Source: Mobula hypostoma (Eukaryota). Taken from it: 64,000 nt of DNA. Below are positions 33,531-46,713 of the stretch, piece after piece (position 1 is the stretch's first letter; each line of letters begins with the position of its first letter). A program made the translations under genes and the position numbers. The stretch spans positions 37,200,001 through 37,264,000 of the forward strand of contig NC_086102.1 in the NCBI RefSeq assembly GCF_963921235.1. The letters run 5' to 3'. Below the pieces are notes generated by a model. It was given only the letters and a program-made list of their open reading frames with translations, had not been told where the DNA came from and searched no databases.

Positions 33531-36500
33531 AATGGACGAACCTTAGGCACTGTTTCTAATTCTGAGTGGTAACATGTGATATGGAAAACAGATGCTCTAA
33601 AATCCAATGCCCTACATTGTTGTAATGTAATTAATGCAACAGTACACTGTCAGCTTCTTAAAGGATAAAATAATAAGCAGGTAGTAATGCCTATGGAATG
33701 GACCTTCAGGGGAATGTAGACAATCTAAGTGGCAACAGCAGAACAGAAAATATACAATGTGGAATGATATTTGGCATTCACTTTGGTAGAAAAAAAGAAA
33801 AAGCCCATTGTGCTGTTTTAAATATTGAGAGAGTGGCAATGAGATAACTTTTCTTATGGTTATTAGCAATGAGATCTCTGCAAAGTGTACAATCCACACA
33901 TTTGAGAACACCAATCCAGCAAAGTCGATCAAGGTTAAATCAGACTAGAGGGCTCAGGCTGAGAACTCAGCCTCCAACCTCAAATGTCATTGGATTCTGT
34001 TCTCTTTCCTAACCTATGCCATCTCCGCATCCTGCACTAATTTGGAGATGTTTGTCTTGTTGCTTCACTTTGAGTAGCATGAGCGAAGACCTTCTCACAA
34101 ATTGTGAATTATGACTAATTGTTTCTCCTATTGCCAGCAGCATCAAACTCCCCTGCAATTCAAAATCCCTTTACTCATTGCTCAGAACTATTACATTCTG
34201 TTAAAGTGTCTCAGTAGCCTTTCAAAGTTGAGCTAAACTTCCACACTGCATCGATGCCTCACATACTGAGAATGAGGTCTTGGAGTTTTCCTCATTTTCC
34301 CAACTTGCAATGTAGTTCCACTGACAAAGATAGTGCTGTCAATTAAAAAACTATCGTGTTACTTTAATTGGCAATTAATTACATATTATTGCATCAAACA
34401 CATTTGCAGATCTAGTTCAAGTGAACCACTTTAAACAGCCACTTGCACTGAAGATTCAAATTGAAGAAAATCTGAATAATTTGAATACATATTGAATTAA
34501 GGTATATAAATGAACCTATCAGTACTTATATCCTATTCACTTTATCAGAGATCCATACTCCACAGACCAGTTAAAGGTTGGGCATTGCCACACTGCTCAA
34601 CATCTTACTGTCCAATAAAGCAATTAATTCTGTTAAACAGGGTTACGTTTTAAAGGTTTTAATTGGTGATGGTGTAAAATGGGACGATAAGTGAAAATTT
34701 AAATTATATTTTCTCAATCGCTGATAATAATAAATACCTATATCTTTTATTCAAAGCATGTTGATAGTCAATGACTTTAAAGCATGTTCTGCCAGCTTCT
34801 GTTAATCACATCATCTGATCTAAATAAATCAGTTTAATGCCAATTGTTGTTGCCATTAAACCCATCACAGAATTGCTTTATTCATTGAAACTTCATCTAT
34901 TAAAACGTAAGATGATTTATGAGGTTAGGAGACTGCAATGACTTGACTCATTTCACAATTATGTGAAGAGGGTTTCTGACTGTTGAGTTAATCAAAGTAA
35001 AGCAGCCACAGTCTGTAAAATAGTATTAAATAAAAGAAATATTCAGTATCTCGGAGCATGGTTCACTGTCAATCAAACTTCTTAACATCTGCTTCACCAT
35101 ACAACCTGTAGCTCTCTATGGTCGGAATTTAGGGAAAGCTGCAATTATTTTTTGATAGTTGAAACAGTATCCACTTCATTGATCTTGTATTTTCTTCAGG
35201 GAACTGTAATGCTGATCCAAAAATGTGATGATGTGACTGTATAAAATTGCTTTAATTAGTCTTAGATGCAGGAAAACAATATCAAAAACGGATGTAAAGG
35301 AAGGAAAATTTCAGGTTAAATTTAAAAAATCAGGTCGCAGCTAATACCTGCACTACTTTTTAGAATCTGCACATTTATGATTCCTGCAACATTTGAAATG
35401 ATGCACGGGCATTCTCACCTCATAGATTAGAATTAGATAAAGAAAGTTTAGATGATTTGCAATTTGGACATTCTGGGTTTCTGAAATATGTTTGCAAAGG
35501 TTTCACTGAAATGCTGAAAGAAGGAGGAAGTACTGCAAAGTTGCATCACGAGTGTTTTTGTTTCACTCCTCCCCTCCAACAAGCAAATTTCTAAAGGAAA
35601 AGAATCAACCTCAAACATTGTCTAGGCTGCTTGAAAACTTTCTTCAGAATTGGAACTTCAGAGACTTGCAAGGAATCTCCACAGGTACTGTAATGAATTA
35701 ACAGTTAACGAAGCATACTTGTCGCATTTTTCTTGGGTGTTGATAAAATAACTGACACTAGAGATTATAAGTGTAAAATAGGATGAGTTTATATCTTGAA
35801 GGTATTCTGTTCTAAAGCACTTGAGGGACATAATTATGATGAAGTTAATAAGAGTAACAAGTATTGGTTATATTTCACACAAGACAAAGAATAAACATCA
35901 TCAATGAAATGGGTCATATCTACTTTTCGCTGAAACGTTCAGAATGGCAGTTTTCTGACCATTGGCTGATGGTCAAGGATTTGATCTTAGTATCAACTCT
36001 GTATCCTCAAAATCAACAAGCGAGTCTGATAAAGTACCAAAGAAAAGCAAACAGCAAAGTTGGAGAATTATAAAAGGAAGCTGGACTAGCTTAATTTGTT
36101 TTTACTGAGAGAACATCACAGGATTTGTGTAATTTTAAAATGTAAACAGAGAGCGCAGGTTTGAAAACAGAACTAGAGATAAAGCAAAAATAAATTAAAA
36201 AGTGATAAGCAATAAAAGATATAAAATGTTTTCTCTCAGAAAATATAAAATATAAGGACCAATCTCCAATAAAAGTTTGATGCATTGATGAACCTCCTTA
36301 GACAAGGGCAGGATCTATATATGATTGGAAATTAGACTGGACCTTGCAAGCCTGAGATAATCAAAGATTTACATGATTGTTGTTAGTTGAAGAGTGAGTG
36401 AAGGTGGAAGAAATTGAGCTGTGTGTGACACTGAAAGCTCGGTAATTGATTCACAGGAGATCTGAAGTCAGAGCCTAGAGAAATAACTAGAAAGATGAAG

Positions 36501-38827
36501 CTATATCCCACTGTCAGAGGGCTGTGTGGTGAGGGATAGATTTTTAAGCAGTACTTGAAGATGGAAAAAAGCAAAAATTAGAGAACAAGATATAATGGAA
36601 CCTGAGAAATACTCGGCCCTGTGTAAAAGTGAACGGTTTCAATATTCCTCCTTACCTGAAGTATATGACTGTGGATAGGAAGAAGAGCTCTATTCTCTAA
36701 GGGACGAAGGGCCTATTCCATGCTGCATCTCCATAAATATCTAATAAATAATGATACAGGTTCACAGAAGGGAAATTCTGGAAGGAGAAGGAAGTGACTT
36801 TGGTCAGAGATAAGGATTGAAATTCAGTTTGGTGTCTAACAGAACAGTGGACATTATTATGTCGTGCCTGAAGTGAGAGCTGGAAGCTCGTAGGTGCAGT
36901 AAAAACCTCAAGTATATGGTTTCTGATTCTGCTGAGCGAGGAAATACTCATTCTTTAAAACTGCTGAAAGAGCAAACATTCAAAGAACTAAATAAAACTG
37001 TGATCAGTTAATGGAGAGTACGGAGGATGGATAAAAAAAACAGGCAAGTAAAAGAGAGATAATCATTGTTCTCCAGCTCATGATACATTCCCATAAAAAT
37101 TCTTCATCATTCTACTCTGAAGGGTTGTACTTTGTACAGGGAGTATTTACACAGAGTATTCCCTCAGGAACTGAAATTTGGTGGAGAGGATTGTACATTG
37201 TCTGTGGAAGGAAATCGTGTTATAAGTTTTTTTTTCATTCTGTTATTATGTTCTAACAACTTGTTTAAAATTAGACATTTGAAGAGTTCCTATTGTAAGA
37301 TTGGGATGGTTCCAGGACAAGAAAAAATGAGCAGCAACCAGTAATTTGTATAAAAGATCACAAGCCCATTAAGTGCAAAATTATCTATTCGGCAACAGTT
37401 GAAAAGTGCCCACAACCCTTCGTCTCTGGAGCTCCTGAGACTCAGGCAATGATGCTTTCATTCTTCTTCCTTTTCTTGTCTTCCCAGCGGTCTTCAAGTC
37501 TGTATGAACCTTTCTTCCCCGTGATTAGCTTTATTCTATCATTGTCCATGTACACTAGTATCCTGCTTAGCACCACCCCACGGGTTACTGCTCTATATTA
37601 GTGACACAGATCTTTATCCCACAACTCACCCAAGCCATATGTTTCTCATCATGTTTTATGAGTGTAATTTTACAACTAAAGATCAAGAGGAGCTCATTCA
37701 TAACAACTATAACTGCAAAAATAAAGTTTATAAGCTCTGTTATTGCTACTTCAATGCACATATTAGGTCAGTTTGTGTTAAGTCAGAGCAGTTTCTCACG
37801 TGTTCCGAGGCAGCATCTAATGTGCCACTGAATTTTCATAGTTCTAGAAAGAATATTTACATACCTAGCACTTCCAAGATAAATTTGAGATCTGGTCTCA
37901 TATAAAACCAATCAATAGTTAATTTTAGAGGAAGGCACAAATGATTATCAAAATATTAGTAACATAAATAATCTTTCTTGGGCAGTGTGTTTCTTCAGGA
38001 ATGATGATACAAATACCTTGTGTATTTGTCATGAAATCTTTTAGTAACCTAGTAAAAAATTCCAGTTTGTTATATTTAGCAGACATCTTTTATTTCTTGG
38101 ATAGTTTTGGATTATAAACAGAGCGCCTGCACTGTATTTTAAGATATTGCTTTGAAATCCATGGTATATCGAATTGGGACATCATTGTGCTTATCTGATA
38201 TTCTTTGACATTATCATAATTAATTCAAATCTTTAAACGTTCAATTTATCAGAAGCTTAATTCTGCAAATGCTGAGAACTTCAGAACAATAATGATTTGA
38301 CACTTTAGGTTGATAGAAAATGGAAAACATTTTCTATTTATATTCAGCATACAACAGATAATCAGGTTGTTAAATCACCATAAGATATGATATGCAGGTC
38401 TTTATCTTGAACCCATTTTTTCTGATATAGGGATAATAAGTGACAAGCATTCAGACCCACTTTAGAAAATGTAACAACAGATAAATGGCAACAATTTCTT
38501 CTGCGTTGTATTAGAACCTCTCATAGAGATGTACATCAAAGTCTTTGGGAGGCTTTCATATTTTTTTAACAGATGTGAAAGACTGTGATATGCGATAACT
38601 ATCATTACTTAGCCAGTTGGTGGGGAGAGCCTAAAACTATTCATGTTGCTCAATTAACCCTCTCACTGCAAGTGTAGCTGGTGTATAAATTCCCCACGTT
38701 TATCCCCGAACTTAATCTGCCACTAGCATCAAGAACACACACCCGTACGATATGGAATTTCCTTCCTAAACTTTTCGCCCTTTTTCTTCCTTAAAACTCC
38801 CCTTAAACTCGTTGTGCTTTACAAAGT

Positions 38828-38970
38828 AAACAACAGGAATTCTGTAGATGCTGGAAATTCAAGCAACACACATCAAAGTTGTCAGGGTCTCGGCCTGAAA
38901 CGTCGACTGCACCTCTTCCTACAGATGCTGCTTGGCCTGCTGCGTTCACCAGCAACTTTGATGTGTGGTG
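38828..38970. mobile_element. Penelope-like terminal fragment, internally inverted
   Basis: The two halves match the Penelope terminus in opposite orientations. CACACATCAAAGTTG (38867-881) / CAACTTTGATGTGTG (38953-967). The 3' half of the hammerhead, GAAACGTCGACTG, is present. Confidence 0.72.
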
Positions 38971-39299
38971 CTTTACAAAGTATTTGGTTACATGTTGCTA
39001 ATATCTCATCCTGGAGTTCATTTTGATGACTGCTCCTGTAAACCACTTTAGGACATTTTACCACATATGCTGCATAAATCCAAATTGTTGTTGCAGTCAG
39101 TGAGTGAGAAGAATGCAGAGTATCGAACAATTATTTTCTTTTTCACACATTGCCTTTCTCAAGCAACTCGGAGTCAATTTGTCCTCATGAGTCACATGCC
39201 GGTGATAAAAAACCTGTTTCTGGCTCTGACAAGTATTTAAGTAACTGGCTTTTTCATTGGCTATGTGGAATAGTTCATATTCCAAGCCTTCCCTGGTAA

Positions 39300-39790
39300 T
39301 GCTCTTCCAACTCTTTTTGCACGACATTGACAACTGCATTGGTGCTGCATCATGCACCTGTGCTGAGCTCATCAATTTCATCAACTTTGCCTGCAACCTC
39401 TACCCTGACCTTAAATTCACTTGGTCCATTTCTCACACTTCCCTTCACTTTCTCAAGCTCTCTGTCTCCGTCTCTGGAGGCAAACTGTCTACAGCATCTT
39501 TTATAAACCTACTGATTCCAAGGGCTATCTTGACTTTTCCTCCTCCCACCCTGTCTCCTGTGAAAAAAAAATGCCAGTGAAGCCACTCTCAGGTTGAAAG
39601 AGCAACACCTTATATTCCATCCAGGTAGCCTCCAACCTGATGGCATAAACATCAATTTCTTCAAACTCCGGTAATTTTCCTCCTCCCTCTTCCCTCTTCT
39701 TCAGTTCCCTACTCTGCCCCCCCCCCTTACTACTACTCCTCACCCGCCTATCACCTCCTCTTTTTGTCCATACTCCTTCACTTTCTCCCA
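39300..39790 (+). mobile_element. Penelope-like element remnant (RT C-terminus and GIY-YIG tail)
   Basis: LFLHDIDNCIGAASCTCAELINFINFACNLYPDLKFTWSIS (decayed RYIDD motif), then ATLRLKEQHLIFHPGSLQPDG. Confidence 0.78.
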
Positions 39791-39809
39791 TGGCCTACTC
39801 TCCTCAAGG

Positions 39810-41560
39810 GAGGAGTTTACTGAGACTCTATCCAAGATTTTTGCATCACTGTTAGCTGTGAGTGAAGTCCCAGAAGACTGGTGGATAGCTAATGTTATTC
39901 CCATATTCAAATAGGGCATTAGGGATCTTTAAAAAAGTGAAACTTCTATCAGGAGTAGGGAAACTATTAGAAAAAAATAGGTGGGATTTATGATCATTTG
40001 GAAAGTCAGGGATTGAACGGTAGTTTGGATGGGGGGGCGGTGCTGGTGGAAATCAGCATGGTTTTGTGCCTGGGAAGAGTCCTGCCTTGCAGATCTGATT
40101 GAGTATTTTTTTGAGTAGATTACTAAGAAAATTAATGGAAACAAGGTGGTAAACATAATACACATGAACTTTAGCATAACATTTGACAGGTGGAAGTTGG
40201 TCCACAAATATAGAGCACATGGTATCCAAGGTGTTTTGACAGAATAGATCCAAAATTGGCTTGATGATAGGAGCCAGAAGGTAGTGGTAGATAGGAGTTT
40301 TCCTGAGAGTGAGTCTGTAACAAGTGACATGCTGCAGGGATCAGAGCTGGGACCTTTCTTATTTGTCATATAGTTTATGTAAATGTTTTGGATGAGAATG
40401 TCTGTGGTCTGATAAAAAGGTTTTCTGATGTTGCAAAGGTTGGTCGAGCTGTAAAGATAAAGATTACCTTTATTCCTCACATATACATCAAAATGTACAG
40501 TGAAATATGTTGTTTGCATCAAATCAAATCAGCGAGGATTGGTGCTGGGGCAGCCCACAAGTGTTGCCATGCTTCGAGTGCCAACATAACATGCCCACAA
40601 CTCACTAACCCCAACCCTAACCATACACCTCTGGAATGTGGGAGGAAACGGAGCACCTGGAGGAGATGCATGCATTCACAGGGAGAACTTACAAAATCCT
40701 TACGGACACCAGCAAGAATTGGACCCGCAGTCAGTGTAAAGCTTTGTGTCACCCTATCCTTGTAGATCGCAAAGATAGTTGCTTGAGGATACAGAGGGAC
40801 ATAGATCAGCCGGGAAGTTGAATGGTGCAGTACCAGATGGAATTTAATCCAGACAAGTGTGAGGTAATGTATTTTGGTTAATGTAATGCTGGCTGGACAT
40901 AAGTAGATGGCAGTGAATTTAGAAATGCTGATGTACAGAGAAGCTTGGAGTGCAAGTTTATACCTCCCTGAAAACAGTGACACTGGTGATTGGGATAGTG
41001 AAGAACAAGTTCATCCTTGTTGTCATAGACAGGCATATAAGACTTTGAACATCATGTTGCAGCTGCACAAAATATTGATGAATTCACATTTGGATTATTG
41101 TGTACAGTTCTGGTCGTAACCCCATAGGAACAATGTGGCAGCGCCAGAATTTGCACAGAAAAGGCTCACTAAGATATTGCTAGGAATGAAGGGTTTTAGT
41201 TGGAAGGAGAGACTGGCTCGGCTGGGATTGTTCTCACTAGTGTACAGGAGGATGAGGGGTGAGCTTATGGAGGTCTATATAATTTTGAAGGACAGAAGAA
41301 GGGTAGGTAGTGAGAGTCTTTTTCCATGGGTAGGGGAATCTAAATCAAGAAGCATAAGTTTAAGGTGAGAGGGAGAGATACTGAAAGAAAATCAGAGGAA
41401 CATGTTTTTCACACAGAGTTTGATGGGTAGATGGAATGAACTGCCAGAGAACGGGTGAGGGCGGGTATAATCACAGGGGTACAATTACTGCATTTTTATA
41501 AGATTTAGAAAGGTACATGAATAGGAAAGGAATAGAGGAATATGGGCCAAATGCAGGAAA
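39810..41560 (+). mobile_element. Old, heavily decayed CR1 RT and 3' end, interrupted by a SINE
   Basis: PEDWWIANVIP, QHGFVPGKSCLADLIE, QGSELGP, PHLDYCVQFWS-like and YRRMRGELMEVY remnants. Confidence 0.78.
40455..40735 (-). mobile_element. V-SINE-like (HE1/DANA-type) element
   Basis: TGTGGGAGGAAACGGAGCACCTGGAGGAGA...CACAGGGAGAAC.TACAAA is the reverse complement of the V-domain core as I recall it. Confidence 0.62.
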
Positions 41561-44500
41561 ATGAGAAGAGTGGAGACAACCATCTTGGTCAGGTGAACGG
41601 TCTGAATCAGGCTGAAAAGCCATTTACCGTGCAGTCTGAATCTCTGGCAATCTAACTCTAAGATAAGAATATTCCGAAGTGATTTATAATCAAATAAATT
41701 CCTTTGAAGTGTAGCTACAATATGGAAAGCATTGCAACGTGATGATCGTACACTGTAAATCTTCCCACCAAGACCTGGTAAGATTGAACTAAACCACACT
41801 GAGTAGAGCATTAATAAGTTCGGTCCCCAGTCAACTAACTTTACAATTGGTCGCTGTAACCTGAGGCTCGAATGAAGGAAAAGCAGCAGAGTTAAATGAT
41901 CCCCACTGAAGTGCAAAAGAGAAACAGAGTCAGATCCTTCTTGCCTTTTGCTAGACCCAACTAACATACAAATAACACACTCATAAGGCTTACACGTATT
42001 CTATCAGTGCAGACAGGAATCATACACTGACCCCAGCAAAACAGGATAGTGAAAGAGTGCATGGTCACTCAGCACATCAGTACCCAAAACACTGTTTTGT
42101 TACCATCTGCCTTTGGTGTAATTAAACTTCTCTATCATTGTGGGTGGCCTTTGATGCTTTATGGAAAATATTTTGCATTTTTAAGTGCTTCTCTCAGTCA
42201 GGGAAACACAATCAAAGTTCATTTTTAAAATTTAAGATAAAAGCTTTGTAAAATTAACAGTATTGATGCAGTAAGCTAGTTGTATCGGCAATGTTCATTT
42301 CACACGTAAATGTTGTGTGACCTTTTGGTTAATGTTGGTGTGACCACTTACAGTCAACAGCTTTGCATAATGTTTAATTTTGTTTATGTGGTCTTTAAAT
42401 TAGAATTGTTTATGAACTGAAAGGTCACCATAATTTTGGTTAGCGCTTTGTTGCATCTATCCAGCCATGGCCGATTATTTTATACTTCGTCGTCACTGCA
42501 ACTTTCATTTACTGTTCTTAAAGATCAAGCAGAAAGTTTCAGATATTTCCAAATAACTGCCCCGTTGCATTACTGATTATTACTTTCTCAAAACTAATAA
42601 ATTTTTGTTCATTATGCTACTCTCCAGAGATCAAGCTATTTCATCTGTCATGCTTTTTAAAAATATTTTATTTCTTAAAGCTTTTTGTGCCGTATTGTAC
42701 CTATGCTCAGGAATATTATGGAATATTACAGCGCTTGCTTCAGTCGGCTCCCAAGTTTCCGTCTCACAAATGTGACAATTAATGTAGACTTTATAAACAT
42801 TGATTACCTTTCACACATTAACCATTCTTACCATTGGCATTGCTCAAGGACTGAGGGGAACTGCAGCCCAAAAAGAACTGTGTACAGTATGCTGCCAGGG
42901 AAAGTCACGATTCAGCTGCTGTGGATTTGGTAAACCAAATGGGTTGCTCCTGTGCTGTACTGTTCCACGTTCAAAGTTCCATTGTGAGTGGGTGTCAGAG
43001 ACTCATGCAAAACATATTTACATCTACCCACCTTGTGGTTTTGAGAAACCAAGTTTAGATGAAGGTTATTAGACCTGAAACATTTAATTGTTTCTCTCTC
43101 CACCTGAATATTTCCAGCATTTTCTGTTTTAGTTATAGATTTCCTGCAGTAGTTTTGATTTTCATTCCTCATATTGAGAGAACCCTTAAACAGGTTGTGA
43201 GTAGTTAATTTGCCTCCCATAAATTCCCACCAACGGTGGAATTGATCCACTTGACCTGAAACAGGAGTGTGTGGGCCATGGCAGTCAAAGCTCAAACTGG
43301 GCATGGCACCTGCTGATGATGATGATGAAATTCTCACCAGTGTAGGTGGGCAGGGAGAAAACCTATGTGGAGTTGACAGGCTCTGAGAGAGAATAGGTAA
43401 CAGGGAAATAAGAGGAGGAACGTGATTGATGGGGTTAGATCTAAGAAATAGCACAAACTCAATGGGCTGAAGGGTCTCCTTCAATGATAGAAAATATAAA
43501 TTCCAATATGGCCTGTGATTGAGTATTTCGTTACCTTGGGACAACTGCCAGAATCACTTTGAACTACCTATGGACTCCGCAACAGTATTATTTATTTATT
43601 TATTTACTATTTGCATTGTTTGTTTCCTTTTGCATATTAGTTGTTTGTCAGATGTTTTATTTATAGATTTTCATAAATTATATTGTATTTCTTTATATTC
43701 CTGTGAATGTCTGCAAGAAAATGTATGGTGACACATACAGTATGTACTTTGATAAATTTACCTTAAACTTTGAACTTTGAATGCTGAGATCCGGGTCTGC
43801 TACTCCACGTAACCCAATTGGCTGCATTTGCAGTGCAGCATCAATGGATGGTCCCATCCTAAAACAAAATATAAAATTTCATCAATTATTTCGAGGAAGT
43901 AATTTTTATCAATTATTATAGCTGTAACTGTGCTCAGGTATAAATGTATGGTAGCCAAATGTATAATTGAGACTTTCCTGTCCTCTAACTCACCGAACGT
44001 ATGCTAAACAAAAATATATTCCGGTTAAAAGCAAGAACGATAAGGGTGGGGAAAGCCAGCCATGGATAACTAAGGAAATAAAGGAAGGCAACAAACTAAA
44101 AGCTCATGTGTACAATGTCGCCAAGAGTGGTGGGAAACTGAAAGACTGGGAAAACTTTAAAAAGCAACAAAGAACCACTAAGTGAGCAATAAACAAAGAG
44201 AAGATAGATTATGAAAATAAACTAGAACAAAATATAAAAATGGATTGTAAAAATTTTTATATTTATATAAAGCGGAAAAGGGTGGCCATAATGAACGTAG
44301 GTCCTTTGGAAGCTGAGAAGGGGTAATTGATATTGGGTAATGAGGAAATGGCCGAGGCTTTGAATGACTATTTTGTGTCAGTCTTCATGGTGGAGGACAC
44401 ATCTAACATGCTGAAGAGAGACGATATGGATATGAAGGGAGGTGAGGACTTCGATACAATAGCTATCACTAAAGAGGTAGCGCTGAGCAAACTTGTGGGC

Positions 44501-45118
44501 CTAGAGGTAGAAAGGTCCCCTGGTCCTGATGGAATGCATCCCAGGGTACTGAAAGAAATAACAGAAGTTATAGTAGAGGCTTTGGTGATAATTTACCAAA
44601 ATTCTCTGGACTCTGGGCAGGTCCTGGTGGATTGGAAGGTGGCAAATATCACACCACTGTTCAAAAAAGGATGTAGGTAAAAGGCAGGTAACTATAGGCC
44701 AGTTAGTTTAACATCTGTAGTTGGGAAAATGCTTGAAGCTATCATTAAAGAAGAAATAGTGAGGCATCTGGAAAGAAATGGATCCATCAGGCAGACGCAC
44801 CATGGATTCAGCAAAGCTGGGTCCTGTTTGACAAACTTACTGGAGCTCTTTCAGGATATACCAAGTGCAGCGGATAGAGGGGAACAGATGGACATTATTT
44901 AGTTGGATTTCCAGAAGGCATTCAACAGGGTGCCACATAAAAGACTTAACCATAAGATAAGAATGCATAGAGATGGGGGTGATGTATTAGCATGGATAGA
45001 GAATTAGATAGCCAATAGAAAGCAGAGAGTTGGGATTCATAGGTGTTTGTCTGGCTGGCAATCAGTGGTGAGAAGTGTGTCGCAGGGTTCAGTGCTGGGC
45101 CTACAACTGTTCATGATA

Positions 45119-46713
45119 CAGGTTTCCCCCGCCATCCGAAGGCAGAGCGTTCCTATGAAACGATTCGTAAGCCGGAATGTCGTAAAGTGAAGAAGCAATT
45201 ACCATTTATTTATATGGGAAAATTTTGTGAGCGTTCGCAGACCCAAAAATAACCTACCAAATCATGCCAAATAACACATAAAACCTAAAATAACAGTAAC
45301 ATATAGTAAAAGCAGGAATGATATGATAAATACACAGCCTATGTAAAGTAGAAATACTTTTCCACAATCATTGCCTGAACTGTTCTCTGTAGCGAAAATC
45401 TCACGCAAGCGCTCGCGGCAAAAACACGGCACACGCACCGTTGGCAGAAACATGGCGCAAGCGCTCTCCAGTAACCTTTAAACTATGAAGCTGCCAAATC
45501 ATACCAAATAACACGTAAAAATACACAGCCGATATAAAGTAGAAATCACTAACCGGAATCGAGAAGTCAGTGCAGATCACACTGATGATGGTGTGTTAGA
45601 CTGAGTCGTCGCAGGTTGGGTGGTGCAGTGGCCCCCACCCTCCGGGCCGCCGACCGATATGTTGCCGCGAGGCACGCAGGGGTCCAGCGGTAGCCGGGAG
45701 GCACACAGCACATATTTAAGAAAAAAGCCAAAATAAACATGCTAATTAATTAGGTGCCGCCCGGCATGTAATTGTTGGCCCAGATCAGTGCCAATTGCCG
45801 ATTGCATCGCCTTTGATCTGGGCCGACAATTACGTGTCGGGCGGCACCTAATTAATTAGCATGTTTATTTCGGCTTTTTTCTTAAAGATGTGCTGTGTGC
45901 CTCCTGGCTACTGCTGCATTTTCCGCAAATTGGTACAGTATGTGTCTGAAGCCTGGGGGTTGGGGTGGTGGGACACGGGGGTGTCATCTCATCATCGATC
46001 AGGGCAGACAGCTCATCTTCTCATATGACTGCCTGCCTCGATGTCGAAGGTCAAGGTTCACCGTCTGCTGTGGCTGATATGGAAGGCTTGAAAAATGACA
46101 GTACTGTATGCTTGACTGCTAAGCCTCGTGCATTTTTCTATCGTACAGTTTTTGTAAGGACTCAAACCGTCTTGCAAGTATGTCATAAACCGACGTACCC
46201 TGTCAAAATTAAAGTTGTACTTTATCATTACTTATTCGGTTTCCATTGTTATCCTTTCCTCTTCCAATTGCATCAGCTCTTCATCTATCAGTTCTTGGTC
46301 ATGGGATGCCAAAACCTCTTCAACATCATCTTCGTCAGCTTCCACAAGCCAAACTCACTTTGTCCTTACTTCGTTCACCACGATTGAAACGCTTAATTAT
46401 GTCTAGTTTTACACTAAGTGTAACACCCTTACGAGCTCTTTCAAGTTTTTCTGATATCTTAGAAATCATCTTGCAAACAGCTGCTCACAGGCACGTGTTT
46501 AAGCAACGCCTGCGAGAATGCAGTTCTGAATCCAGGAGAGAGCGGCTGCTCGGGGCGCGCGCTGCCTTTTTTTATCGCACGCTGATTTTTCACGCGCTGC
46601 CTTTTTTCGTAACAGTGAAAACACCTTCTGTTAGCAAAAACAGGGAACTAACGTAGGTCTTTCGTAACAGTGCGGTTTCATAAAGCGAACATTCGAAAAG
46701 CGGGGGACACCTG
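45119..46713 (-). mobile_element. Internally deleted Tigger/pogo (TcMar) DNA transposon, TA target duplication
   Basis: TIRs CAGGTTTCCCCCGC / GCGGGGGACACCTG. TA at 45117-18 and 46714-15. Minus strand: KLERARKGVTLSVKLDIIKRFNRGE (CENP-B-type HTH start) joined to DDVEEVLASHDQELIDEELMQLEEER (Tigger C-terminus). No DDE core. Confidence 0.88.
45690..45911. repeat. Long inverted repeat (98-bp arms, 26-nt spacer) inside the Tigger element
   Basis: Arms 45690-45787 and 45814-45911 differ at 6 positions by my count. Confidence 0.93.
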
